From Gemmatimonadota bacterium (GTDB lineage: Bacteria; Gemmatimonadota; Gemmatimonadetes; Gemmatimonadales; GWC2-71-9), in NCBI GenBank assembly GCA_003222055.1, contig QHUT01000060.1, forward strand, positions 9,662 through 73,661: 64,000 nucleotides of DNA, given 5' to 3'. The translations under genes were made by a program, and so were the position numbers. The first letter of the stretch is position 1, and the number at the start of each line of letters is the position of its first letter. A model generated the notes under the pieces. It made no database searches and was not told the DNA's origin. It worked only from the letters and a program-made list of their open reading frames with translations. This document shows, piece by piece, positions 11,938 through 20,549 of the stretch.

Positions 11938-13812
11938 TCACCACGCGATCCCGTAATCCTCCCCGTGGTTCGAGGAGCCGCCCCAGAACGAGCCGTGCTT
12001 CCAGTCGAAGAAGATGGCGTTGATGGGGCCCGACGTGCGCTCCTGGAACTCGAGCCGGTAGCCCATGTCGCGCAGGTCACGGCGCACCCAGGGCGGCGTG
12101 TCGGACCGCAGGGTGAGCCGGCCGGGCTGGGACTCGTGCTCACCGAACGAGTTCCGCATCTGGTAGCTCGTGATGTTCGCCGCCTCGACCGCCTCCTGCA
12201 CCGTCATCCCGAACTCGACCATGTCGAGAAAGCACTGCAGCAGGTTCTGGTCCTGGGTGTCGCCCCCCTGCACCGCAGACGCCAGGAACGGCTTCCCGTC
12301 CTTGAGCGCGAGGCCCGGCGTCAGCGTGACCCGCGGGCGCTTGCCCGGCGCGATCACATTGAATGGATTGTCGAGCGAATCGACGACGAACTGTTGTGCC
12401 CGTTGGCTCACGCCGATGCCGGTGTGGCCCGCGATGACGGCCGGAATCCACCCTCCTGACGGCGTGACCGACACGACCCATCCTGAAGTGTCCGCGGCCT
12501 CGATGGACGTGGTGCCGCGAGTGAACGCTTCGTCGAACGCCGCCAGCGCGGCGCCCTCCAGCTGCCGCTGCTCCGTCTGGCTCCCGCCACCCGATGTCGT
12601 TGGAGGGCGCGCCGACGGGGGCCAGCTGCGCAGCAGGTCCAGATACGGATTCGTCTCTCCCTGGAAGGGATAGGGGTCCCCCGGCTTGATGCCGGGATCG
12701 TTGCGGTCCGGATTGATCAGCCGTGCCCGCTGCCGCGCGTAGTCCTTCGAGAGCAGGCCCCGGATCGGCTCCTCCGGCGCGAACGCGGGGTCGCCGTAGT
12801 AGAAGTCGCGGTCCGCGAACGCGAGGCTCATTGCCTGGTACACCGTGTGGATGTAACGCGCGCTGTTGTAGCCCATCGCCTTGAGATCGACGGTCTCGAG
12901 GATATTCAGCGCCTCGAGCATCGCGGGACCTTGTGACCAGGGTTGCAGCTTGTAGACGTCGATGCCGCGATAGGTCGTCATGACGGGCTCTTCGATCTTC
13001 ACCTTCCAGCCCGCCAGGTCCGACAGCGTGATGAGTCCTCCTTCCTCTCGTAATCCACGAACGAACTCCTGCGCGATGTCGCCCCTGTAGAATCGGTCGT
13101 AGGCGGCCATGATCGCGTCGCGCCGGCTCTTTCCCTGGCGCAACGCCTGCTGCTCGGCGTCGACCAGCTTCCGCAGCGTGGCGGCGAGGTCCGCCTGCTT
13201 GAAGATCTCACCCGCCTCGGGCGCTTCGCGGGCCTCCCCGGCATGCGGCAGCATCACGGCACTCGAGTAGCGCCAGCGCTTGAGCCACGCTTTGCTCCGC
13301 TCGATCGAGTTGGCCGTCTCTTCTTCGATGGGGTAGCCGTCGGCCATCCGGATCGCCGGCTCGAGTACCTCGCGCAGACTCAGTTTCCCGTACTCGGCGA
13401 GCATCGTCATGAGGCCGCCGGGCGTGCCGGGCGTGATGGCGGCGAGCGGGCCGTACTCGGGCGGGAAGCGCATGCCCTTGGAGCGGTAGAAGGCCGGCGT
13501 CGCGCCGGTGGGTGCGACGCCGAGGGCGTTGATCGCGATGACCTTCTTGGTGTGCGGGTTGTAGATCAGCGCCTGGGTTTCGCCGCCCCACGAGAGCACA
13601 TCCCACATCGTCGTGACGGCGGCGAGCATGGCGCACGCCGCGTCGATGGGATTGCCGCCCTTCTGGAACGTCATGGCGCCGGCGGTGGCGGCGAGCGGCT
13701 TGCCGGTGATCGCGACCCAGTGTCGACCGTGCAGCGGAGGCTTTTGAGTGCGCTGGCCCGCGAGCCTGACCGGCAAGAGAAGGAGAACGAGCGCCAGGAA
13801 ACGAACGGTCAT
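11938..13812 (-). CDS. ggt: Gamma-glutamyltransferase family protein
   Basis: 624 aa with a signal peptide. The autoprocessing/catalytic Thr lies in the context FTRGTTSIEAAD. The sequence looks GGT-like throughout. Confidence 0.88.
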   Translation of the reverse strand: MTVRFLALVLLLLPVRLAGQRTQKPPLHGRHWVAITGKPLAATAGAMTFQKGGNPIDAACAMLAAVTTMWDVLSWGGETQALIYNPHTKKVIAINALGVAPTGATPAFYRSKGMRFPPEYGPLAAITPGTPGGLMTMLAEYGKLSLREVLEPAIRMADGYPIEEETANSIERSKAWLKRWRYSSAVMLPHAGEAREAPEAGEIFKQADLAATLRKLVDAEQQALRQGKSRRDAIMAAYDRFYRGDIAQEFVRGLREEGGLITLSDLAGWKVKIEEPVMTTYRGIDVYKLQPWSQGPAMLEALNILETVDLKAMGYNSARYIHTVYQAMSLAFADRDFYYGDPAFAPEEPIRGLLSKDYARQRARLINPDRNDPGIKPGDPYPFQGETNPYLDLLRSWPPSARPPTTSGGGSQTEQRQLEGAALAAFDEAFTRGTTSIEAADTSGWVVSVTPSGGWIPAVIAGHTGIGVSQRAQQFVVDSLDNPFNVIAPGKRPRVTLTPGLALKDGKPFLASAVQGGDTQDQNLLQCFLDMVEFGMTVQEAVEAANITSYQMRNSFGEHESQPGRLTLRSDTPPWVRRDLRDMGYRLEFQERTSGPINAIFFDWKHGSFWGGSSNHGEDYGIAW

Positions 13813-13876
13813 GACGTGCTCCGACCGAGAGCGAATCGGGGAACATATCGTGCCCTGCTGCGGCTCGCCATCGTGT

Positions 13877-14551
13877 CTAGCTGTCCGCGATCGCGAATGC
13901 CCGCACCGGAAAGCTCCCCATCCCCCGCACCTTCACGGGCACGGCGAAGAACCGAAATCCGGCGTCGGGCAGGTCCCCCAACCCGCACAGGTGCTCCACG
14001 ATCGGGATACCGGCGCCGAGCAGCAGCGTGTGAGCGGGCCGCGCGCCGTCGCTCGCGTCGTCGATGTTGAGCGAGTCGATGCCGACCAGGGCGGCGCCGG
14101 CGGCGACGAGATGCTCCGCGGCCGCACGCGTCAGGAAGGGATGGCCGGTGCCGTACCGCTCGGTGCGCCAGTGCACGTCCCAGCCCGTGTGGACGAGCAC
14201 GGCCTTGCCGTTCACGTCTCGCCCGCGGAAGACGCCCGAGTCGAGCGCCCGACCGTCGCGCTCCGTGGCCCGGACGACGACGCCCTCCAGATCGGCGACC
14301 GCGGCGAGTGGAAAATCGGCGACGTCCTTCCCGTGTTCGTAGCGATGGGACGGCGCGTCGATGTAGGTCCCGGTGTTGGCGACGAGCTCGATCTTGCCGA
14401 TCTGAAATGTCGTGCCGGGGGCATAGCGCGTACTGGACGCCGCGCGCGACAGCCAGTCGCCGATCACGGGCGCCGGGAGCCCGGGGTAGGTCACCATGGC
14501 GTGCTCGATCGTGTGGCTCAGGTCGATCAAGCGGCCCTGTGACCGCGTCAC
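13877..14551 (-). CDS. Cyclase family protein (arylformamidase-like fold)
   Basis: 224 aa. LIDLSH and NTGTYIDAPSH resemble the cyclase HxGTHxDxPxH motif, but two of the His residues are replaced. It has a 4-nt overlap with the upstream M90 peptidase gene. Confidence 0.75.
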   Translation of the reverse strand: MTRSQGRLIDLSHTIEHAMVTYPGLPAPVIGDWLSRAASSTRYAPGTTFQIGKIELVANTGTYIDAPSHRYEHGKDVADFPLAAVADLEGVVVRATERDGRALDSGVFRGRDVNGKAVLVHTGWDVHWRTERYGTGHPFLTRAAAEHLVAAGAALVGIDSLNIDDASDGARPAHTLLLGAGIPIVEHLCGLGDLPDAGFRFFAVPVKVRGMGSFPVRAFAIADS

Positions 14552-15396
14552 GAGGGGGGCGGCGGCGTCCGCCGCGCGGGGTCCTGCCGGTAGAACCGCT
14601 TCAGCTGCTCGTACAGCTCCGGATGCTCCCGCTCCAGCTGCACAGGCTTCTCGAAGAAGGTTTCGGTCGCGACCGCGAAGAACTCCGCCTTGTTGCTTGC
14701 TCCGTAGGGGTCGAGCGCGGAGGGTCGGTCCGCCGCCGCGTCCTGCCGCAGGCGTTCGAACTCGTCCGACAGCACGCGGCCCCAGGCACGGAGCGCGCCG
14801 CCGGAGAGCACCGGCGCGCCGTCGGCGCTGCCGTCTTCATCATCGAGCTGGTGCGCGAACTCGTGCAGCACGACGTTCACGCCGTCCCCCGGATCGCGCG
14901 CGCTGTTGAGCGTGTCGTCCCACGAGATCACCACCACGCCATCGCCCCACGACTCGCCCAAGAGCGGAGCCGGAGGCTGCACGATGCCGCCGGCCGTCGG
15001 GGGGCTGGCGAACTTCGGAACGAAGGCGTGGGGATAGACGAGCACCGTGCGCAGCGTCGGATAGCAGGGACCCTCCAGATGCAGCAACAGCAGGCACGCC
15101 CCGGCCGCGATCGTGACCTTCATCTCTTCGGTGAGCGTCAGGCCGCCGCATCCCTCGAAGTGCTTGTCCGCGAGAAACACCCGCACGAGCCGCAGCAGGC
15201 GCTCCCGCTCCTCCGACGTCAAGCGGCGCGCGACGGGGACGTTCCGCTCCACGATCCTGTCCCATGCGTCCGGCACCGGGTCGCTCGACAACGGGGGCGC
15301 ACTCACACGGATGCGGGGCACCAGCCAGGAGAGCACGACGTATGCCGCGGCGAGCAAGGCCGCCGCCGCCAGTAGCACCTCGACGAGGTCGATCAT
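14548..15396 (-). CDS. MtfA-like zinc-dependent peptidase (M90 family) with N-terminal TM helix
   Basis: 282 aa with the HEFAHQLD zinc motif and the NKAEFFAVATETFF motif typical of MtfA/DUF980. It has an ATGA overlap with the tetR stop. Confidence 0.8.
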   Translation of the reverse strand: MIDLVEVLLAAAALLAAAYVVLSWLVPRIRVSAPPLSSDPVPDAWDRIVERNVPVARRLTSEERERLLRLVRVFLADKHFEGCGGLTLTEEMKVTIAAGACLLLLHLEGPCYPTLRTVLVYPHAFVPKFASPPTAGGIVQPPAPLLGESWGDGVVVISWDDTLNSARDPGDGVNVVLHEFAHQLDDEDGSADGAPVLSGGALRAWGRVLSDEFERLRQDAAADRPSALDPYGASNKAEFFAVATETFFEKPVQLEREHPELYEQLKRFYRQDPARRTPPPPS

Positions 15397-15803
15397 CGGA
15401 TTGCCGGGTGCGCCGCCGGCAGCACGCGGCCGAGCGCCTTGAGGAGCTGCCCGTCCGGCGAGCCGCCGTCAGGCGCCTCGGCCAGGACCACGCTGAACCG
15501 GCGGCGCAGCAGTGGGTCCCGCATCGCCTGCGCCGCAAACTGGATGGTGAGGGGGATGAACCACGGGGCCTGACGGGCCCCGGTGCCGGCGCGCGCCACC
15601 GCGGCGTACTGCTCGAACAAGGCGAGCAAGAAGCCGCCTTTCGAAGGAAACTGCCGGTAGATGGCCCCCTTGGTGAACCCCGCCGCCTGGGCAACCTCGT
15701 CGAGCGTGGCGAGCTCGATGCCATGCTCCGCGAACACACTGAGACCGGCCTGCAGCAGCAGCGCGCGGGTTTCGGCCTTGCGCCGCTGTCGTACGATACC
15801 CAT
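15393..15803 (-). CDS. TetR/AcrR family transcriptional regulator
   Basis: The N-terminal HTH reads TLDEVAQAAGFTKGAIYRQFPSK. I prefer the ATG at 15803 (MGIVRQRRK...) over the TTG at 15812 used in the track. Confidence 0.85.
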   Translation of the reverse strand: MGIVRQRRKAETRALLLQAGLSVFAEHGIELATLDEVAQAAGFTKGAIYRQFPSKGGFLLALFEQYAAVARAGTGARQAPWFIPLTIQFAAQAMRDPLLRRRFSVVLAEAPDGGSPDGQLLKALGRVLPAAHPAIR

Positions 15804-15812
15804 GGGAATCAA

Positions 15813-15885
15813 TGATACCGATAAGAATCCGTATTGGCAAACGATCGCTTGAATCGACCGATAAGATACCCGTGAGTATCGATCC
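15813..15885. promoter_or_regulatory. AT-rich divergent control region with a repeated ACCGATAAGA motif and short inverted repeats (candidate TetR operators)
   Basis: A perfect 10-nt direct repeat ACCGATAAGA occurs at about 15817..15826 and 15857..15866. The inverted repeat GATAC-N6-GTATC lies at about 15865..15880. The region sits between tetR and the divergent gene at 15977. Confidence 0.4.
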
Positions 15886-15976
15886 CAGCCTTAGAACCCG
15901 TTTCTGATTGCGTCAGGCGATTCGACTCCCAAAGATTGGGCCCTCGGCCACCACCCTGTCCCGAGGAGGCAAGCCC

Positions 15977-16750
15977 GTGACCGACCCAGCCGCCGGGAAT
16001 CCCGCCGACCGGAGCCTGCAGTTCGATCGCGTCGAGCGCGCAGACCAGGCTCCCGGTCTGACGTGCTCGATCTGCCAGCAGCCGATTGCCGGCTCGTACT
16101 ACGAGATCAACGCCAAGGTCACGTGCCTTCGCTGCCGCGGCCAGATCCTGGCGACGTGGAATCGTGGCTCCCCCGCCCGGCGTTTCGCCAAAGCGTTGGG
16201 ATTGGGCGCCGCGGCCGCGGCGCTCGGCGCCGGCGTCTACTTCGGCATCGAAGCACTGACTGGCTACGAATTTGGCCTCGTCGCGGTGGTGGTCGGCCTG
16301 CTCGTGGGAACGGCGGTCCGCAAGGGGTCGAGCGGCCGGGGTGGGTGGCGCTACCAGCTGCTGGCGATGTTCCTCACCTACAGCGCGGTCGTGGCGACGG
16401 ACTCGACGCTCATCGCGCGCGAGCTGCGGAAGGAAATCCAAGCGCGCGCGGACTCCGGCAGCGTGGCGCCCGACTCGAGCGGCCGTCGTGCCGGCTCCCC
16501 CGCCGCGACACGGGCCGCCGGCACCACGGCAGCGACGACCGGCCACGCGCGGCCGGGACCGCTCGCCCTGCTCCTCGGGGTTGTCGTCCTTCTCGCGCTC
16601 GCGTACGCCGCCCCCGTCATGATCGGTATCAGCAGCCCGCTTCACCTGCTCATCGCCGGGTTTGCGTTGTACGAGGCCTGGAAGCTGAACCGGGGCGTCG
16701 CGCTGAGGGTGACGGGACCGTATCAGGCTTCACGGACGGCGTCCGGCTGA
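15977..16750 (+). CDS. Membrane protein with N-terminal zinc ribbon (unknown function)
   Basis: The GTG at 15977 is preceded by GAGGAGG 7 nt upstream. A CxxC...CxxC motif (CSICQQ...CLRCRG) is followed by several TM helices. Confidence 0.6.
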   Translation: MTDPAAGNPADRSLQFDRVERADQAPGLTCSICQQPIAGSYYEINAKVTCLRCRGQILATWNRGSPARRFAKALGLGAAAAALGAGVYFGIEALTGYEFGLVAVVVGLLVGTAVRKGSSGRGGWRYQLLAMFLTYSAVVATDSTLIARELRKEIQARADSGSVAPDSSGRRAGSPAATRAAGTTAATTGHARPGPLALLLGVVVLLALAYAAPVMIGISSPLHLLIAGFALYEAWKLNRGVALRVTGPYQASRTASG

Positions 16751-16760
16751 TCCTCCCGCT

Positions 16761-17789
16761 GTGAGCGACGCTCCTCGGGGGACCCCGGCGATGTGCCCCC
16801 AATGCGGCACGGACGTGGCGCCGGCACTGCTCGCGTGCCCGTCCTGCCACCGCCTCGTCCATGCGGACGAACTCAAGCGCCTGGCCGCCGCGGCAGAGCG
16901 CGCCACCCAGTCCGGCGACCGGAGCTCGGCGCTGGCCGCCTGGCGCGACGCGCTCGACCTGCTGCCCGGAGACTCGACCCAGCATCAGGTGGTGTCCGCC
17001 CGCATCCTCGAGCTGAGTCGCGCCATCGATCGGGAGCCGCGGCTCGCCAAGCCGACCTCGCGCGTAGGCAAGAGCGCCGCGGGACTGGGCGCGCTTGGCG
17101 CGCTGCTGCTCAAGTTCAAGTTCGCCCTCATCTTTCTCCTCACGAAGGCCAAGCTGCTCCTCCTCGGGCTCACCAAGGCGAGCACGTTCTTCACGATGCT
17201 GCTGTCGGCCGGCGTGTACTGGACCATCTGGGGATGGAAGTTCGCGCTGGGCGTGGTGCTGTCCATCTACGTACACGAGATGGGCCACGTCCAGGCGCTG
17301 CAGCGTTACGGCATCAAGGCCACGGCGCCAATGTTCATCCCGGGTGTGGGCGCTGTGGTCCGGCTGAAACAGTACCCGGCCGACCGACGCGAGGACGCGC
17401 GCGTCGGACTGGCGGGCCCGATCTGGGGCCTCGGCGCCGCAGCGGTGGCGTACGGTGTGTACCGCGCGACCGGGAGCGGGATCTGGGGCGCCATTGCGCA
17501 CTTCGGCGCCTGGGTGAACCTCTTCAACCTGCTTCCCGTGTGGCAGCTCGACGGAGGACGGGGATTCCGGGCGCTCACCCGGAGCCAGCGTTGGATCGCC
17601 GCGGCGCTGATCGGCTCGGTGTGGCTCCTCACCGGCGAGGGGCTGCTGGTCCTGCTCGGCATCGCCGCCGCGGCGAGCGCCGGCTTCGCCGAAGCGGCGG
17701 ATCAACCCGATCCGACCATCCTCGTCCAGTACGGGTTGCTCGTGATCGTCCTGTCGCTCCTGAGCGCCGTGCCGACAGCCGCCCGTTAG
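16761..17789 (+). CDS. Site-2 protease (M50) family metalloprotease with N-terminal zinc ribbon
   Basis: 342 aa with CPQCG...CPSCH, then TM helices carrying HEMGH and NLLPVWQLDGG (the S2P NxxPxxxLDG motif). Confidence 0.75.
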   Translation: MSDAPRGTPAMCPQCGTDVAPALLACPSCHRLVHADELKRLAAAAERATQSGDRSSALAAWRDALDLLPGDSTQHQVVSARILELSRAIDREPRLAKPTSRVGKSAAGLGALGALLLKFKFALIFLLTKAKLLLLGLTKASTFFTMLLSAGVYWTIWGWKFALGVVLSIYVHEMGHVQALQRYGIKATAPMFIPGVGAVVRLKQYPADRREDARVGLAGPIWGLGAAAVAYGVYRATGSGIWGAIAHFGAWVNLFNLLPVWQLDGGRGFRALTRSQRWIAAALIGSVWLLTGEGLLVLLGIAAAASAGFAEAADQPDPTILVQYGLLVIVLSLLSAVPTAAR

Positions 17790-17877
17790 GCAACTGAATG
17801 CTCGCGCGGGACTTGACTCGAGGGGCCCCCAATTGACTATGTTTGCCGTTCGGCCGTGAATGCATTGGAGCGCCGGG

Positions 17878-18150
17878 ATGACGTACATCATTGCAGAGCC
17901 GTGCATCAACCTGAAGGACCGCTCGTGCGTCGATGTGTGTCCCGTGGACTGCATCTACGAGGGGGAAGACCAGCTGTACATCCACCCGGACGAGTGCATC
18001 GACTGCGGCGCCTGCGAGCCGGAATGCCCCGTCACGGCAATTTTCCCCGAAGAGGACACGCCGCCCCAGTGGAAGTCCTACATCGCGAAGAACCGGGACG
18101 TGTTCCAGGGCGCGAGCCCGCCCGGTAAGCCGCAGCGCAAGGGATCGTAG
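17878..18150 (+). CDS. fdxA: 7Fe-type ferredoxin (3Fe-4S plus 4Fe-4S)
   Basis: Begins [27 protein letters not shown] and continues with [12 protein letters not shown]. The start is at the internal ATG (residue 7 of the ORF). Confidence 0.9.
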   Translation: MTYIIAEPCINLKDRSCVDVCPVDCIYEGEDQLYIHPDECIDCGACEPECPVTAIFPEEDTPPQWKSYIAKNRDVFQGASPPGKPQRKGS

Positions 18151-18157
18151 GACCGCT

Positions 18158-18190
18158 CCCCGGGCGCGACAGCCCGGGGTCTCGTTTCTC
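18158..18190. terminator. GC hairpin between convergent fdxA and the hydrolase gene (candidate bidirectional terminator)
   Basis: CCCCGGGC-gcgaca-GCCCGGGG (8-bp stem) is followed by TCTCGTTTCTC. Confidence 0.45.
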
Positions 18191-19400
18191 AGGACAGCCC
18201 GCTCAGAAAATCGGCCAGGAGCCGACCGGTGGCGAGTGGCTGCTCGAGCGGCGCGAGGTGGCCCGCCGCGGGGATCACGTGACATTGGGCGCCGGGGATG
18301 AGCGCCGCCATGGTGTGGGCAGCCTCGGGGGGCGACACCTGGTCATCCTGGCCCGCCACGATGAGCGTCGGCACGCGCACGGCACGGAGCGTCGCGGTCG
18401 AATCGGGCCGGTCGCGCAACACGCGCAGCGCGCCGACCAACCCGGGCACGGTCCAGCGGCGCGCCATCTCGCGCACCTGTGTCGCGACCTCCGGCTGCGT
18501 GGCCAGCGTGGCGGGGGCGAGCAAGCGCGGCAGCAGTCGATCGGTCACGGCGTCCTGCCCCTGCTGCTCGGCGAGCGCGGCGAGCTCGTCCCGGCCGCGC
18601 TTCCCTTCCTCGGAGTCCGCCTCCGCTTTCGTGTCCGCCAGAACGATCGCCCGTACTCGCTCGGGATGACGCCGCAGCAGCTCGAAGACGACGTACCCAC
18701 CCATCGACAGGCCGCACACCACTGCCGCCCGGATGCCGAGCGCGTCGAGCACGGCCACGAGGTCGTCCGCGTAGTGCGCCAGGGTATAGCCGTTGCTCGC
18801 CGGCGCGCCCGAGGCACCCACGCCGCGCAGATCGGGCGCGATGCGCTTGACGCGCGACAGCGTAGCGAGCTGATGACGCCACACGGTGTGGTCGAACGGG
18901 AAGCCGTGCACGAACAGCACGGCCTCACCATCGCCTCGCGCGTCGACGCCGAGCTCCACGTCACCCGCGGTCACCCGGATGGCAGCGTGGCCGCCCGAAG
19001 ACCGGGGCCCGAGAAGCCGGACGATCTCCTCCGGGATCGGGGTCGCGCGCCCAACGCGGTCGATGCAGACGAAGACCATCTCCGCTTCGGCGACGAGCAC
19101 GTCGTCCGCGAGACGCCGGACGGCGTGACGCAGTGTAATGCTGGTCGTGCCCCGGTGCGTGACCGTCGTCTCGATGCGTAGCACGTCGCGAGACAAGACC
19201 GCCGCCTTGTACTCGACGACCGCCTTGCGCACGGCCGGCCAAACGCCGTTGCGCTCGAACAGATCCATCCCGGGTCCGCGGGCCAGCGCATCCCAACGGG
19301 CCCGCTCGAGCAGCGTCAGCAGGGCGGCCTGGTTCAGATGACCGAACGCGTCGCATTCGTACGGATAGACGGTCAGGTCGACGGTCGGGAACGGAGTCAC
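18189..19400 (-). CDS. Fusion protein: 4HBT-type acyl-CoA thioesterase (N-terminal) plus alpha/beta hydrolase (C-terminal)
   Basis: The GTG at 19400 forms a GTGA overlap with the upstream stop. The N-terminal part reads YECDAFGHLNQAALLTLLERARW (hotdog thioesterase). The C-terminal part reads FVHGFPFD...GLSMGG (GxSxG nucleophile elbow). The N-terminal 162 aa of the track ORF were rejected. Confidence 0.75.
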   Translation of the reverse strand: MTPFPTVDLTVYPYECDAFGHLNQAALLTLLERARWDALARGPGMDLFERNGVWPAVRKAVVEYKAAVLSRDVLRIETTVTHRGTTSITLRHAVRRLADDVLVAEAEMVFVCIDRVGRATPIPEEIVRLLGPRSSGGHAAIRVTAGDVELGVDARGDGEAVLFVHGFPFDHTVWRHQLATLSRVKRIAPDLRGVGASGAPASNGYTLAHYADDLVAVLDALGIRAAVVCGLSMGGYVVFELLRRHPERVRAIVLADTKAEADSEEGKRGRDELAALAEQQGQDAVTDRLLPRLLAPATLATQPEVATQVREMARRWTVPGLVGALRVLRDRPDSTATLRAVRVPTLIVAGQDDQVSPPEAAHTMAALIPGAQCHVIPAAGHLAPLEQPLATGRLLADFLSGLS

Positions 19401-20386
19401 GGGACTGCAAACGTATGCCAAAAGACCACTCGTTGCACGTTCCACGTTCCACGTTCCATGAGAAGGGCGAGCGCCTTGGCGCCGTACGTCGGATCGAGCG
19501 TCAGGCCGTGCTCGGCCGCGAGCCGACACGCCGCTTCCCCCTCCGGCGTGGGGTGCCCGTAGCCTGGCCCCAACCCGTTCACGATCTCGGGAGAGCGGGG
19601 AGCGGGGAGCCGTACCCCCTGGTCCGCCAGCAGGTGCCTGGCCGCGCGAGCTAGTCGCATGGTACGCCAGCCGTTGGCGACCAACCGTGGCGCTACGCGA
19701 ACGCCCACCACGCGTGTGCCCCACCCGAGTGCGGCGACCGCGAGACCGAGCCCGGCGGCCGTACCGCCTGTGCCGAGCGGGAGGACGATGGTGTCCGGGG
19801 GCTCGGCCACCTGGGCGGCGAGCTCCAGGCCCGCGAGAAACTGTCCCACTACCGCTCGCGGATGGGCCCCGCCGCCGGGAATCCAACGCCGCACGCCCAG
19901 CGTGCCGGCGCGCCGCCAGGCGGCCAGCACGGCGAGCGGGAGGGTCGCGGGTCCGCGCGCGTGCACGATCAGCGCGGCCCGCCGGGCGCAGGCCGCGGCC
20001 ACGGCGCGGCTCTCGGCGGTGTCGGGCTGACGGAACTGCGCGAGCACGGTGCGGTGTCCCAGGGCGGCCGCGTGCACCGCGGTGCCGAGGCAGTGGGTCG
20101 AGCCCGTGCCGCCCGCCGTGACGAACACCGTTCCCGGGGGGACGCCGGCCAGCAGGAACTCGAGCCCGCGCACTTTATTGCCGCCGCCCCGCGCCGATGC
20201 CCGGTCTTCGCGCTTGAGGTAGAGCGCGGCCACACCGAGCGCGCGGGCCAGTGCGGGCGCCGGCTCGAGCGGCGTGGGCCATTGGCCCAGGCGACACGGC
20301 GCGAGCGCCGCGCGTATCTTTTCGCTCAGCAGCACCGGATCAGACACCTGGACCCCGATCCCGAGGATGCCGATGCAGGTTGCCAC
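19397..20386 (-). CDS. PLP-dependent D-cysteine desulfhydrase / ACC deaminase family protein
   Basis: 329 aa with the PLP-lysine context GGNKVRGLEF and a glycine-rich GTGGTAAG loop. The start codon is uncertain. Confidence 0.8.
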   Translation of the reverse strand: MATCIGILGIGVQVSDPVLLSEKIRAALAPCRLGQWPTPLEPAPALARALGVAALYLKREDRASARGGGNKVRGLEFLLAGVPPGTVFVTAGGTGSTHCLGTAVHAAALGHRTVLAQFRQPDTAESRAVAAACARRAALIVHARGPATLPLAVLAAWRRAGTLGVRRWIPGGGAHPRAVVGQFLAGLELAAQVAEPPDTIVLPLGTGGTAAGLGLAVAALGWGTRVVGVRVAPRLVANGWRTMRLARAARHLLADQGVRLPAPRSPEIVNGLGPGYGHPTPEGEAACRLAAEHGLTLDPTYGAKALALLMERGTWNVQRVVFWHTFAVP

Positions 20387-20549
20387 CGATTACATCCGTC
20401 ACGCCGCGCGCGCCGCCCGCAAGTACGCGGGCGACCCGCTCGGCGGCCCGCCCCCCGCCCAGCCGCCGGACTCCGAATTCTACAAGACCCTCGCCAAGGC
20501 GCTCGAGGAGATCGCCGCGGGCCTGGACGCGCTCAGCAAGCAAGAGTGA
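20367..20549 (+). CDS. Small hypothetical protein (60 aa)
   Basis: MPMQVATDYIRHAARAARKY...LDALSKQE. Its stop forms a GTGA overlap with the rnd start, which suggests translational coupling. No recognisable family. Confidence 0.4.
   Translation: MPMQVATDYIRHAARAARKYAGDPLGGPPPAQPPDSEFYKTLAKALEEIAAGLDALSKQE

Noticed and set aside
11874-12143. N-terminal 90 aa of the 1094-aa ORF 8859..12143.
   Set aside because: It would overlap the 3' end of ggt. The lipoprotein signal peptide begins after the ATG at 11873 or the GTG at 11828.
19401-19886. N-terminal 162 aa of ORF 18189..19886.
   Set aside because: It overlaps the 3' part of the PLP-enzyme gene in another frame. The GTG at 19400 gives a GTGA junction, and the thioesterase domain starts right after it.
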